From Macrostomum lignano (lineage: Eukaryota): 64,000 bases of DNA. The stretch is from assembly GCA_002269645.1 (NCBI GenBank), contig NIVC01000056.1:310001-374000 (forward strand), given 5' to 3'. Shown here in pieces: positions 50,499 to 62,592 of the stretch. The notes beneath the pieces are model-generated. The model was given only the letters and a program-made list of their open reading frames with translations, ran no database searches and had not been told where the DNA came from. A program made the position numbers and the translations under genes. Each line of letters begins with the position of its first letter. Within the stretch, counting starts at the first letter, position 1.

Positions 50499-50733
50499 TT
50501 ATGCTTCATTTTCATATTTGACTTGTACAGGCTCTTCTGATGTTGAGAATCGCCCTCTACATCCTGGTGAATGTTTGCTTGCGTCGGTATCTGGCTCAAT
50601 CGTTTCCTCTATCGCAATGCAGATTAATGGAGACTGTCAATTCTGTCTGAGCCAAGGACTACTAAAAGTAGAAGGACGGAAAACCTCGTTTCTTAGAAAA
50701 TTTTAGAATAGGCAGAATTGGGACATGTGCAAC

Positions 50734-50983
50734 CGACAGCTCAGCCGCAGCTATTGCGCGGCGCATCTGAAGGCTGCGTACGGCTGTTCAGTCCAAGGGC
50801 TGGGGGGGGGGTCGCCACACACGCCCTCAATTACCCCAGCTAATGCTGGCACCCATTTGAACTGAAGCAATTCAAAGTTAAGTGTCTTGCTCAAGGACAC
50901 AAATTGTTCCGAGTGGGATCGGGAATCGAACCCCCGATCTTCCATTCGTGAGTCAGACGCTCTAACCACTGGGCTACAACCCC
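50734..50983 (-). mobile_element. tRNA-derived SINE with CORE-like domain
   Basis: On the minus strand: A box TAGCCCAGTGG (50966-50976), B box GTTCGATTCC (50922-50931), then TGTGTCCTTGAGCAAGACACTTAAC (50877-50901), resembling the CORE/MIR motif TGTGACCTTGGGCAAGTCACTTAAC. The 3' end is approximate. Confidence 0.8.
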
Positions 50984-51353
50984 ATTTGTACCATTTTTAT
51001 GATTATTAGGCACCGTACATACTCGTATACCGGTGCAAGTCGGCATTTAAACCTAGGATATAAAGTTAACATAGAATTTCTATTTTCTAAATGAAGAGCT
51101 TTATAAATATCAATGAGAGCCTAAGAAATGTAGTTTTCCTCCTACTACTTGAGCAGTCCTTGGTCTGATTCTGTGCGCTGCAGTGGCGCATAAATAAATA
51201 AAATCAACTCTAGTTACCAAGTTTCTGTATTTTGTAGAAATTATCGTGGCTGTTTGTCCTCAGATGTAAAAATTCGCTATTGAGAAATCAGTGTTTATTT
51301 ATTTACTATAGAAACTACTACTTATACTATAGCATGCAACTACTGTGCAAAAT

Positions 51354-51815
51354 CTACGGCACAAAGTGCAGTCTGCAATTGTCAGCCATTGGTTTCGGCG
51401 CCAGCACCCTGGCGCCAAGGCAAGCGCCAACTGCGGCCATCACGGCTCCCCTCCGCCTGGCCTTGCACTCGAGGTTCTTGTAGCTCGGGCCGCTCGGCCG
51501 GCCGTGGCTGGACTCGCAGACCAGCTCTGTGAAAATCCCTGTAGCCGGATGTCCGGTCTGGCACAGCCGGCTGCCGCAGGCCTCCCTGCGTAACGGGGTG
51601 CAGCTCAGCAGCGTCTTCTGCCTCCGCCAGGCGCTCCTGTTCCACACCGCGAAGTCGGCGCCGTCTCGCTCTGGAAGCGCCAGCGCGCCACCCGTGCTGA
51701 GCAGTTCGGCGAACTGCGGACAGTCCTGCAGGATTCTGGAGCGCAGGTCCGCGGAGGCGTTGGCCGCTGTCAGCAAGTGCGCGATGATCAGCAATGTCGC
51801 TAGGCCTGCGGACAT
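51354..51815 (-). CDS. Secreted Cys-rich orphan protein A (153 aa, intronless)
   Basis: Hydrophobic signal peptide, 8 Cys in the mature part, GC-rich codons, TATAAAA at 51909-51915 and AATAAA at 51294-51299 (minus strand). Clear paralogy with 53281-53733. Confidence 0.85.
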   Translation of the reverse strand: MSAGLATLLIIAHLLTAANASADLRSRILQDCPQFAELLSTGGALALPERDGADFAVWNRSAWRRQKTLLSCTPLRREACGSRLCQTGHPATGIFTELVCESSHGRPSGPSYKNLECKARRRGAVMAAVGACLGARVLAPKPMADNCRLHFVP

Positions 51816-52811
51816 TGTTGCTTGTCAGTTGGATTCTTCTCTTTCTGAGTTGTCTTCGTGTCTTCCAACTTGTGAAGCCATGCGGTGGATTGGCCTCCGC
51901 TGGCTTGCTTTTATACACAAACCTGATGTTCGCAGCAACTGTAACACTTCCTGTAACGCGTAATCTGCGTCACTGACACATGATCCGCGGGTAGAAAAAT
52001 TACCTGCCAGGTAGTAGTAGCCCGGGTGTCATTGTTCCTGTGAGTCCTTCCTAATCTCTAGGCGTTCTATCGTCCATATTCTAAAAATTCGAATGCTAAA
52101 AATAGAAGCGAACGCTTCAACACTTGGGCAGACTGCGCGTACTGAGTGCTGTTCTAAATTTATCTGAACAGCTTGAGCTGCGGTGTTTTGCTGTGCTGAG
52201 CTTATGGCGACGGCAAGCCCAACTCAGTTGAAGGGCATGAATCAGAAGATGGAAGTCAGTGATGACGGAGAATGGTTTCCATTTTTTCAGCACCAAAATT
52301 TTTATTGCTTTTGATAGCGAGCAGACCCATCTTGCTTAGCTTACGATATAAGTAATAATTTTATCAGCTTCACATTCAGTAAGCGAGCCTTTATTAAAGT
52401 AGAATAAAATGATTTAATTATATATTGGGCTAATATAGGCCATACTTATGAATTATGAATAGAAGCCTGGTCTAGTCAATGTGTCTCATTTATCTGAATG
52501 CAAAATCAACCAGCTAAGTTTGATAAAAAGATGGAAAAACAAACGAATCACATTGAAAATTTTTATTTTTAAGGCACAGGGCGTAAGATATAAAATTTAT
52601 ATAGAATCCGAATTCTGCAAGAAAAATCTCTATGAATACTTAATACATGTACAGCTCTTTAAGAAAGGCAAGTCACATCAAAAGATGGACATTGGGTCTG
52701 CCATCAAAACAAATCAAAATCAAAACCTAAACCTTCATCCTCCGATGTACGAGTATTTTTTCGGTAAATCTGCCTCATAAAAACTTCCAGAGTTGTCCTT
52801 GGTGGTAGCAC

Positions 52812-53020
52812 ATTGAAAAGTCGGATGGAAGTCAGCAGTGACACATTGAAAAGTCAGATGGAAGTCAGCAGTGACATTGAAAAGTCGGATGGAAGTCAGC
52901 AGTGACACATTGAAAAGTCAGATGGAAGTCAGCAGTGACACATTGAAAAGTCAGATGGAAGTCAGCAGTGACATTGAAAAGTCAGATGGAGGTAAGAAGT
53001 GACACATTGAAAAGTCAGGA
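52812..53020. repeat. 33-bp minisatellite CACATTGAAAAGTCGGATGGAAGTCAGCAGTGA, about 6 copies
   Basis: Direct reading. Confidence 0.92.
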
Positions 53021-53280
53021 AATTCGGAAGTGAGGCAGTGAAACTTTGTATCAAATAAAATTTCTGGTTGAAGCAGACACTTCTACAGACTTTGAGATGC
53101 TCCAATTTGCTGGCAGTTAAAAAAGTGAACTCAATTCAGTTAAAAAAATTGGATTGTAATGCAACTATTGACAATCTACAGTGTTGGTCAAGTGCAAGCA
53201 TGTATTTTATCATTTAGCATTTAAATAAATCTCGAAGAACATGCAGACATTCACACAAGCGCGGGGCGGACAGCAAGATT

Positions 53281-53733
53281 TCAGTCTGAATTCTCAGCAA
53301 GGCGCAGGTTGCAATCTCCGGCCATGGCTCTCGGCGCCAACACCCTGGCGCCAAGGCAAGCGCCAATCGCGGCCAGCACGTGGCGCCTCGGCCTGGAGCT
53401 GCACCGGAAGGATCCGTACTGCGTCGCGGGGCTGGAGCCACCGGGGCAGGCCACCTCCTCGTATTCGCCACTGCCAACCAGCGGGTGCGCCACTCTCCGC
53501 CGCCGGCTGTTGCAGGCGTCCTTGTGGATCAGCCGGACGCTCCTCGGCTGCCTCGCCTCCTTCCAGGTGCCGCTGGTCCAGACGGCTCCTCCGTTCGGCC
53601 GCAGGTCTAATGCTGCACCTGTGCTGAGCAGCTCGGCGAACTGCGGGCACTCCTGCTTGATGCGGAGCCGCAGGTCGCATGTCGCCAGCGTTGACAGAGC
53701 AACGAAAGTCAGGTAGCCGAGCATGTGGCGCAT
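53281..53733 (-). CDS. Secreted Cys-rich orphan protein B (150 aa, intronless)
   Basis: The ATG at 53733 (or 53724) gives signal peptide MRHMLGYLTFVALSTLATC, followed by 6 Cys in the mature part. TATAAATA at 53835-53842. Shares CPQFAELLSTG and GACLGARVLAP with protein A. The ORF-track start at 54012 is probably too long. Confidence 0.85.
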   Translation of the reverse strand: MRHMLGYLTFVALSTLATCDLRLRIKQECPQFAELLSTGAALDLRPNGGAVWTSGTWKEARQPRSVRLIHKDACNSRRRRVAHPLVGSGEYEEVACPGGSSPATQYGSFRCSSRPRRHVLAAIGACLGARVLAPRAMAGDCNLRLAENSD

Positions 53734-54182
53734 CTTGAGTTGGTCTGCTCTGCAAGGTAGAGAAACTTGTTCGGAGTTCTTGAGCTGCGAGTTGGCTGCT
53801 GAGGTCGGAGGAGATCGTGGCCCGCATGGTCCTGTATTTATAGGCTGGGCCAAACCAGCCCAGATCCTTGATGGCGGCCAAAAATCAGGAATTAATTCAA
53901 GTCTCCCCGGATGCTGCGCAAGTTTTTTATATTGTAAAATGATGGCATGCGTGTCGCTAGCCCGAATCTGCCATTGGCCGAGCGAGTCGGAGACTACTAA
54001 AAATATATGCAACCTGGAGTTGGCGGAACCGACTGAGTGAAAAATAATTACCCAGAGTTAGCGGCAATTCAGGAAGCTGAAAATTGCTTAAAGAAAGTTT
54101 TTTTATATTTGAATCAGTAATAAATCTGATATTCAGGTGTGGATTTTTGATTGGGATAATAATAGGGATATACTAATAGGGA

Positions 54183-54400
54183 TCGCCGATGGGGGCACCG
54201 ATGGGGCGCCGATGGGGCGCCGATAAGGGCGCTAATTGGTGGCGCCGATGGGGGCGCCGATGGGGGCGCCGATGGGGGCACCTATGGGGGCGCTGATGGG
54301 GCGCCGATAAGGGTGCTAATTGGTGGCGCCGATGGGGGCACCTATGGGGGCGCTGATGGGGCGCCGATAAGGGTGCTAATTGGTGGCGCCGATGTGGGCG
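54183..54400. repeat. GGGGCGCCGAT-core minisatellite
   Basis: Direct reading. Confidence 0.9.
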
Positions 54401-55034
54401 CTGATGCCCACGTATTTTCCGCTCTTTTCAGTTGGGTAATTTAAAAATTTGTAAATTAACAAATCTTTATTGCCTACCCTATAAGCATCTTTGATAAGTT
54501 TTTTCTTTCCATTCCGAGCTTCTCTATCTAGAAGTCTTTGCGTCAATGTAGCTTTTGTTATGAAATCTGCATTGTTACCTTGTCCGTTTGACTGTTGCCG
54601 CAAAGCGGTTTATGACCGGCAGTGAGTCACTTGAGCGTCTCGTCCCACCCCCCCTCTCCTTTCTGTTTAGCCTCTGGTTGCGGAACAAGTTATTGCAACT
54701 GCTACAAGGGTAATAGTGGATGCCATAAAACCGTAGCTTTGTGTTCGTCTTCACGCGATGCGGGACGGACGGACAATGAAGCGACTTTCTTAGATGAGGA
54801 TGTACAGATAGAGCCTTTTTATATAAATTATTTTTAAGGTCACTAGTACTGGCGTCCTCACCTAAGTTATTGTATAATGCCTGATTTATTGAGGAACTGG
54901 GGGGGGGCAGCTCTGCTACCCGACAATTCGAAATGAAACAAACGACCTGCCTTGAGACTTGAGTGCAATTTTGAGGACTCGAGTGCATATCTCAGCATCC
55001 AGATGCGTCGGATGGCGCTGAATGGGGAGCTCAG

Positions 55035-55590
55035 GTGTGTTAGACATGGAGTTCCACCTGTTAGATACAACAAGTGTGTGTTAGACATGTTAGACATGGA
55101 GTTTCACCTGTTAGATTCAACAAGTGTGTGTTAGACATGTTAGACAAGGAGTTTAACCTGTTAGATTCAACAAGGGTGTGTTAGACATGTTAGACATGGA
55201 GTTTCACCTGTTAGATTCAACAGGGGTGTGTTAGACATGTTAGACATGGAGTTTCACCTGTTAGATACAACAGGTGTGTTAGACGTGTTAGTCATGGAAT
55301 TATATCTGTTAGATACAGCAGGTGTGTGTGTTAGACATGTTAGACATGGAGTTCCACCTGTTAGATATAGCACGCGTGTGTTAGACATGTTAAACATGGA
55401 ATTCCATCTGTTAGATACAGCAGGCGTGTGTTAGACATGTTAGACATGGAATTCCACCTGCTAGATATAGCAGGCGTGTGTTAGACATGTTAGACATGGA
55501 ATTCCACCTGCTAGATATAGTAGGCGTGTGTTAGACATGTTAGACATGGAATTCCACCTACTAGATATAGCACGCGTGTGTTAGATATGC
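55035..55590. repeat. About 49-bp minisatellite TGTGTTAGACATGTTAGACATGGAGTTTCACCTGTTAGATTCAACAGG
   Basis: Direct reading; about 11 copies. Confidence 0.93.
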
Positions 55591-55959
55591 TAGACTTAAA
55601 ATTTGTGCTTTTTTACATGCTTATATTTCCTTTGGTATGCACCTCAAAGGCACCAAATTATTGCACTGACACCCTTAATAGCTCGTATATCTTGCAAAAA
55701 GAAGTTGCAGTTTAACTTGCTTACTATAAGTAGGCGCAATTGGCATGTTACGAGTATATTTGTTATGGGCATTCGATGTGAAAAAGCAATGAGCTGTTAT
55801 TTGACGGCTGTCAACATTGACGAAGAGTGGCGGAGAACGAAATGCGTGTAGATGAGATGAGAGAGGTGAGAGGTGAGATAGGAGGTGATATGAGAGACGG
55901 AACTGGGAAAGGTTGGAGACCTGTGCGAGCGAGGGGTGGAAAGAGGATAGGAGAGGGAT

Positions 55960-57205
55960 GGGGCTGTGGGGTAGAGGGGGCATTGGGAGTAGAGGGGCAG
56001 TGGGAGTAGAGGGGGAAGTGGGAGTAGAGGGAGGCAGTGGGAGTAGAGGGGGCAGTGGGAGTAGAGGGGGAAGTGGGAGTAGAGGGGGAAGTGGGAGTAG
56101 AGGGAGGCAGTGGGAGTAGAGGGGCAGTGGGAGTAGAGGGAGGCAGTGGGAGTAGAGGGGGAAGTGGGAGTAGAGGGGGCAGTGGGAGTAGAGGGAGGCA
56201 GTGGGAGTAGAGGGAGGCAGTGGGAGTAGAGGGGCAGTGGGAGTAGAGGGGGAAGTGGGAGTAGAGGGGGCAGTGGGAGTAGAAGGAGGCAGTGGGAGTA
56301 GAGGGAGGCAGTGGGAGTAGAGGGGGCATTGGGAGTAGAGGGGGCAGTGGGAGTAGAAGGAGGCAGTGGGAGTAGAGGGAGGCAGTGGGAGTAGAGGGGC
56401 ATTAGGAGTAGAGGGGGCAGTGGGAGTAGAGGGAGGCAGTGGGAGTAGAGGGGGCAATGGGAGTAGAGGGGGCAGTGGAAGTAGAGGGGGCAGTGGGAGT
56501 AGAGGGAGGCAGTGGGAGTAGAGGGGGCAGTGGGAGTAGAGGGGGCAGTGGAAGTAGAGGGAGGCAGTGGGAGTAGAGGGGGCATTGGGAGAAGAGAGGG
56601 CAGTGGGAGTAGAGGGAGGCAGTGGGAGTAGAGGAGGAAGTGGGAGTAGAGGGAGGCAGTGGGAGTAGAGGGAGGCAGTGGGAGTAGAGGGGCAGCGGGA
56701 GTAGAGGGGGAAGTGGGAGTAGAGGGGGCAGTGGGAGTAGAAGGAGGCAGTGGGAGTAGAGGGAGGCAGTGGGAGTAGAGGGGCATTGGGAGTAGAGGGG
56801 GCAGTGGGAGTAGAAGGAGGCAGTGGGAGTAGAGGGAGGCAGTGGGAGTAGAGGGGCATTGGGAGTAGAGGGGGCAGTGGGAGTAGAGGGAGGCAGTGGG
56901 AGTAGAGGGGGAAGTGGGAGTAGAGGGAGGCAGTGGGAGTAGAGGGGGCAGTGGGAGTAGAGGGGGCATTGGGAGTAGAGGGGGCATTGGGAGAAGAGAG
57001 GGCAGTGGGAGTAGAGGGGGCATTGGGAGAAGAGAGGGCAGTGGGAGTAGAGGGAGGCAGTGGGAGTAGAGGGGCAGTGGGAGTGGGAGTAGAGGGGGCA
57101 GTGGGAGTAGAAGGGGGCAGTGGGAGTAGAAGGGGGCAGTGGGAGTAGAGGGGGCAGTGGGAGTAGAGGGGGGCAGTGGGAGTAGAGGGGGCAGTGGGAG
57201 TAGAG
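55960..57205. repeat. G-rich 17/18-bp minisatellite GGGAGTAGAGGGGGCAGT, about 70 copies
   Basis: Direct reading. Confidence 0.97.
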
Positions 57206-57524
57206 TGAAGGTAGGAAAAGAACGAATAGAAAGTGTGAAAATTTGGGATTAGAAATAAAAATTTAGCGGAGTTAAAGAACGCAACAATTATAATTACAAC
57301 CTTGGATCTCTTTCCGCGAAAATTGAACTTGCTCAAGAGATATTCAAGCGAATTCGTTTTTGAAAGAACTCAAACATAAGTAGAATCGTGTCATTTTCAT
57401 CTTTTACCTGTCTTTCTGTATAAGTGCGCAATTTTGGAATTTGGTATTCCCAAGTTATCCCAAGAGAACAGCTAGCTTGAGGATCAAACCAAAACAATTA
57501 TTTTTTATCAGAATAATCTAAAAA

Positions 57525-58600
57525 GCATATTAGTAGCATTTGGCGCCGAATTTTAGTAGAATTCAGCGTCAAGTATTTCTTGCATTTAGCGCCAAGAATC
57601 GGTAGTATTTAGCTCCAAATATTAGTAGCATTTAGCGCCAAATATTAGTAGCATTTAGCGCTAAGAATCGGTAGTATTTAGCTCCAAATATTAGTAGCAT
57701 TTAGCGCCAAATATTAGTAGCATTTAGCGCCAAATATTAGTAGCATTTAGCGCCAAATATTAGTAGCATTTAGCGCCAATAATTAGTAGCATTTAGCGCC
57801 AAATATTAGTAGCATTTAGCGCCAATAATTAGTAGCATTTAGCTCCAAATATAAGTAGCATTTAGCGCTAAATATTAGTAGCATTTAGCTTCAAATATTA
57901 GTAGCATTTAGCGCCACGAATTAGTTGCATTTAACTCCAAACATTAGTAGCATTTAGCGCCAAAATATTAGTAGAATTTAGCGCCAAATATTAGTAGCAT
58001 TTAGCTTCAAATATTAGTAGCATTTAGCGCCACGAATTAGTTGCATTTAACTCCAAACATTAGTAGCATTTAGCTCCAAATATAAGTAGCATTTAGCGCT
58101 AAATATTAGTAGCATTTAGCTTCAAATATTAGTAGCATTTAGCGCCACGAATTAGTTGCATTTAACTCCAAACATTAGTAGCATTTAGCGCCAAAATATT
58201 AGTAGAATTTAGCGCCAAATATTAGTAGCATTTAGCTTCAAATATTAGTAGCATTTAGCGCCACGAATTAGTTGCATTTAACTCCAAACATTAGTAGCAT
58301 TTAGCGCCAAAATATTAGTAGAATTTAGCGCCAAATATTAGTAGCATTTAGTGACAAAAATTAGTATCATTTAGCGCCAAGACTTAGTAGCATTTGGCGC
58401 CAAGAGTTAGTTGCATTTAGCGCCAAGACTTAGTAGCATTTGGCGCCAAGAGTTAGTTGCATTTAGCGCCAAGAGTTAGTTGCATTTAGCGCCAAGAGTT
58501 AGTTGCATTTTGCGCCAAGAGTTAGTTGCATTTTGCGCCAAGAGTTAGTTGCATTTTGCGCCAAGAGTTAGTTGCATTTTGCGCCAAGAGTTAGTTGCAT
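57525..58600. repeat. 23-bp minisatellite ATTTAGCGCCAAATATTAGTAGC with higher-order variants
   Basis: Direct reading. Confidence 0.96.
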
Positions 58601-59117
58601 GAGATGTTACTTAGGCGCATTCCAGTAAGCTGTCGAATAGAATACTTCACTGCATTTCGGATGCAAATACAATGATTACTTTCAATGATGCACTTTATTA
58701 ATCAATAATTTCGGATATAGCATCCAGATAAGAGTATACACACATTGAGTACTTATGCACTAAGATATTATCACAATCAAAAGTACAAGGCAGTCAGCGT
58801 TATGCCTTTTAGTACAATAAAGAGCCACTCAAGCCACTCAATCCAAGAGGGTAAACCAAGACGCACAATAATTTTAGGCAGTTTATCATCCTCTGCAGTT
58901 GCCACGTCGTGTGCTGAGCAGGCGAAAGGTTATGAATATTAAACAAAGGGCCCGGAGCTGATGCAGGGGCTTCTCAGCCATCAACTTTGACATCAATCGA
59001 GTGGGCCGGAATCTGACCGCGATGCAATCAATGCCTTCGCTCTGTTGCGTGACCGAGCCTTGTGAGCTTGTTTGAGCATTAGGAATGGGAGCGATTGGAG
59101 TCAGATTTATGGACACA

Positions 59118-59668
<551 letters not shown>

Positions 59669-59808
59669 GTGTGGAGGTACAAGAGCAACTGCAGCACAAT
59701 CAGATTAGTTTAATTAGTTCTCTAAACCCAATAAAAAGTTAGAAGTATTAAACAAATTTGTCCTCCGATACAAACGCTAGAGCCAAACAGTTAGTGTGCT
59801 CAGGCTGC

Positions 59809-60861
59809 TCAGCAAAGACTCGACCTGCCGTTAGCTCCGCTCTGTCGCAGCCAGACAAAATTGCTGCCACCAAATTTGTCAGACGGATTTTGCTGCGGCT
59901 GCATCGACGGAGGCTGCAGCAGCAGCTCCAAGTTCTCGGTGGGCTGCTCCGACAAGTCCACAACCTGTAGCTGCCGCTGCTGTCGCTGCTGCTTGGGCTC
60001 GCCCGAATTGGAAGGCCGGGTCCTCTCAGCTACCAGCCGGTAAAGCAACTCGATGCATTCGACAAAGAATGCCAGAGTCAGGCCGATGTACATGGAGCAG
60101 AGGCCGCCGATGCGGCTGAACAGAGCGTTGACGGTGAGGACGATCTTCTCCTGCCTCACCAGAGTGTTGTTGGCGCGCCGCTTCACCATCACGTAGGTGA
60201 ATCGCTCGTCGAAATGAAAATTGGTGTTGTTGGCCAGCAGCGCCGGGTCCGTGATGTTCCTCATGCGCAGGTAGTCTTTGACGCGACGCAAACCCCGTTT
60301 TAAATTTTCGGGAGTATCCAGCAGCAGGTTCAGCTTCATCAAGTAGTCGCTCCATCGCTCCGACACCTCCTTGATCCAGTGCAGCATCCAGTGGGTGTCG
60401 CGCCACTTCGTGACCGAGAGCTCCTTGCGGTAACTGAGCTCGGTGCACCTGGGCAGGCAGTCGGTCGCCTCGAACTGTTGCCGAATCCTTCGCTGATCGA
60501 TGCTCTTGGCGCACCTCAGCCTGCTGAACAGTTTGTCGTCGATGAAGCCGCAGTAGGGATGGCTGGCGTTTGCCTGCGTCACCAGGGGCAGCTCGACGTA
60601 CAGACAGCCGCAGGCGCTGAGAAAGGCCTCCTGCACCTTGGTGTTGAGGCACAGCTCCTGGTCGTAGTTGTACATCTGGCCGTGATCGGCGAAACGTCGT
60701 CGACGAATCTCGGCGTCGTCCAGGCAAAGACTGCGCGGTGTGTTGGCGCGGACGAAGCGCTCGGTCTGGTACTTGATCTCGTTCATCTTGCCCGGCTCCG
60801 TCTGGACACCCTGCCGCAGCATCTGCGAGCGCAAATGGTAGATTGCGTAGTAGTTAAGGGA
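59809..60861 (-). CDS. DEG/ENaC (ASIC/FaNaC superfamily) channel, last exon (350 aa); N-terminal exons not found in the window
   Basis: Acceptor TATTTCAG|TCC at 60862, phase 0. Cys-rich thumb (ELCLN..CGC...YC...RC...CLPRCTELSY) and TM2 LFSRIGGLCSMYIGLTLAFFVECIEL. A candidate upstream exon end CAG|GTGCAG lies at 63985. Confidence 0.88.
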   Translation of the reverse strand, partial: SLNYYAIYHLRSQMLRQGVQTEPGKMNEIKYQTERFVRANTPRSLCLDDAEIRRRRFADHGQMYNYDQELCLNTKVQEAFLSACGCLYVELPLVTQANASHPYCGFIDDKLFSRLRCAKSIDQRRIRQQFEATDCLPRCTELSYRKELSVTKWRDTHWMLHWIKEVSERWSDYLMKLNLLLDTPENLKRGLRRVKDYLRMRNITDPALLANNTNFHFDERFTYVMVKRRANNTLVRQEKIVLTVNALFSRIGGLCSMYIGLTLAFFVECIELLYRLVAERTRPSNSGEPKQQRQQRQLQVVDLSEQPTENLELLLQPPSMQPQQNPSDKFGGSNFVWLRQSGANGRSSLC

Positions 60862-61247
60862 CTGAAATAATGGCCAAACACGAGTGCGCGTAGCAACGTC
60901 ATTGTTTAGCAATTTGACAATCATTATTCGCATTTTTATGCAGAAAAATACATTACTACAAACAATGCATTGTTTTTTTGTTTCAGCGGTCGCAGCACGT
61001 GACAACGATTTGTCTATGGCTCGCGCCTACCGGCGCTCGCCAGACATTCGTTGTCACGCACTGGGACCGCTGATTATTTATCCATTACTTCACAGTTTTT
61101 TAATTGGCTGTTTTGAGAGTTATTTTACCCATAGACGACTGAGATGTGTGTCTTAGTTTGACTATAGACACACTGTGATGAGTGCTGATTTCGTTTGCGT
61201 TTTGCAAGAAATCAGGACAGCGGGTAGTGCGAGTGAAAGCTACTTGT

Positions 61248-61548
61248 CTTGTCAAACAACTATGGCTGGTGCATCTCGTCAAACAACTATGGCTGGTGCA
61301 TCTTGTCAAACAACTATGGCTGGTGCATCTTGTCAAACAACCATGGCTGGTGCATCTTGTCAAACAACTATGGCGGTGCATCTCGTCAAACAACTATGGC
61401 TGGTGCATCTCGTCAAACAACTATGGCGGTGCATCTCGTCAAACAACTATGGCTGGTGCATCTCGTCAAACAACTATGGCTGGCGCATCTCGTCAAACAA
61501 CTTTGGCTGGTGCATCTTGTCAAACAACTATGGCTGGTGCATCTCGTC
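61248..61548. repeat. 27-bp minisatellite CGTCAAACAACTATGGCTGGTGCATCT
   Basis: Direct reading; about 11 copies, some 26 bp. Confidence 0.94.
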
Positions 61549-62284
61549 AAACAGCCCCGCTTATTATTTGGAAAAATCTTCTTGTCGACGACTGAACGAA
61601 CCGGGCGACCTATGCTTCAGTGGAGGTGACACAGGAGATGCGGGTGAAGCATGGTAAGCATAATATGTCAACATTGTAAGTAAATTAGTGGCTATACTAA
61701 TGGCCATAGAGAAACTGTGAATTTTTTAAAATGTCCATTAATCTGCAGGTCGGATGGATTCGGAACGCGCAGTTCGCCTCTTCGAGAGCTGCCACTTCAA
61801 GAATTGCACGTTTCAGTTTTAATGAGCAACTTCTGATGAACAGTCTATGACTACTGTGTTGTTTTTGTGCTTAATGTGCGCGTTTTCCATGGATTGTTAG
61901 CTAAAATGTCTTGACTATCCTTATTTTCAATGTATTCCATGCCATGTAGACTGTTTGCGAACATTATTCCCTTATGTCAGTTAATAAGTGCATAGTAGTT
62001 AACTAATCGTCTATGGTTCAAACGCCTGCTAAAGCTGAACTAATGGCCAGTTGAGTTTGTCATTGTCAAAAATCAGCCTTTAGGATAATGCAATCGTCTA
62101 TGGTTAAACCATGAGCACATTTATTTATTTTTTCACTTAAACTTCAGGATAATGATTTCAAACTCGGGATAATGGACACCTATTTTTAGAACAAAACAGC
62201 AAACACCAACAACAAAAGATTAGCGCTATGGAAAGTTAATTGTGCAGTATCAATATGGCGCAATTGTCATAGTGCCGAAGACCA

Positions 62285-62592
62285 TTACAGATTGCAATTG
62301 TTGAAAGTGCAGTTGTTCATAATAAAGATATTCCGACCGTTCATCTGACGACCATCAGACACGCTCACTGCTTCTTGCACGATGGAACTTTGGATGCTGA
62401 TGTCAGCAGGCATTGTTACTTGACCGGGGGCGCGGCGCTTTGTCTCATGTTCAACGCACGCGACACTGCATCGCTGCATTGTTGCAGGGACTTGTCCCGT
62501 TTAACTGCCAGGTAGCGCCGGACCGTGCTCTCGGACTTTTGACCCGTGATAGCCATGATCTCGCTCATCGAATGCCCAGCCGATTCCAGGTC
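62285..62592 (-). mobile_element. Crypton-like tyrosine-recombinase C-terminal remnant
   Basis: An ATG-less frame reads DLESAGHSMSEIMAITGQKSESTVRRYLAVKRDKSLQQCSDAVSRAL (compare the recombinase motif G..I..TGH.S..Y). A shifted frame ends IFIMNNCTFNNCNL*. A stop lies immediately upstream. Confidence 0.55.

Noticed and set aside
54575-54988. 137-aa minus-strand ORF with a CxxC
   Set aside because: No domain recognised and no supported splice partners.
59809-60861. Idea that the QVYFDPIDN peptide gates the DEG/ENaC channel in the same window
   Set aside because: Peptide-gated DEG/ENaCs exist, but the genes are 58 kb apart with unrelated housekeeping genes between them. Linkage provides no evidence.
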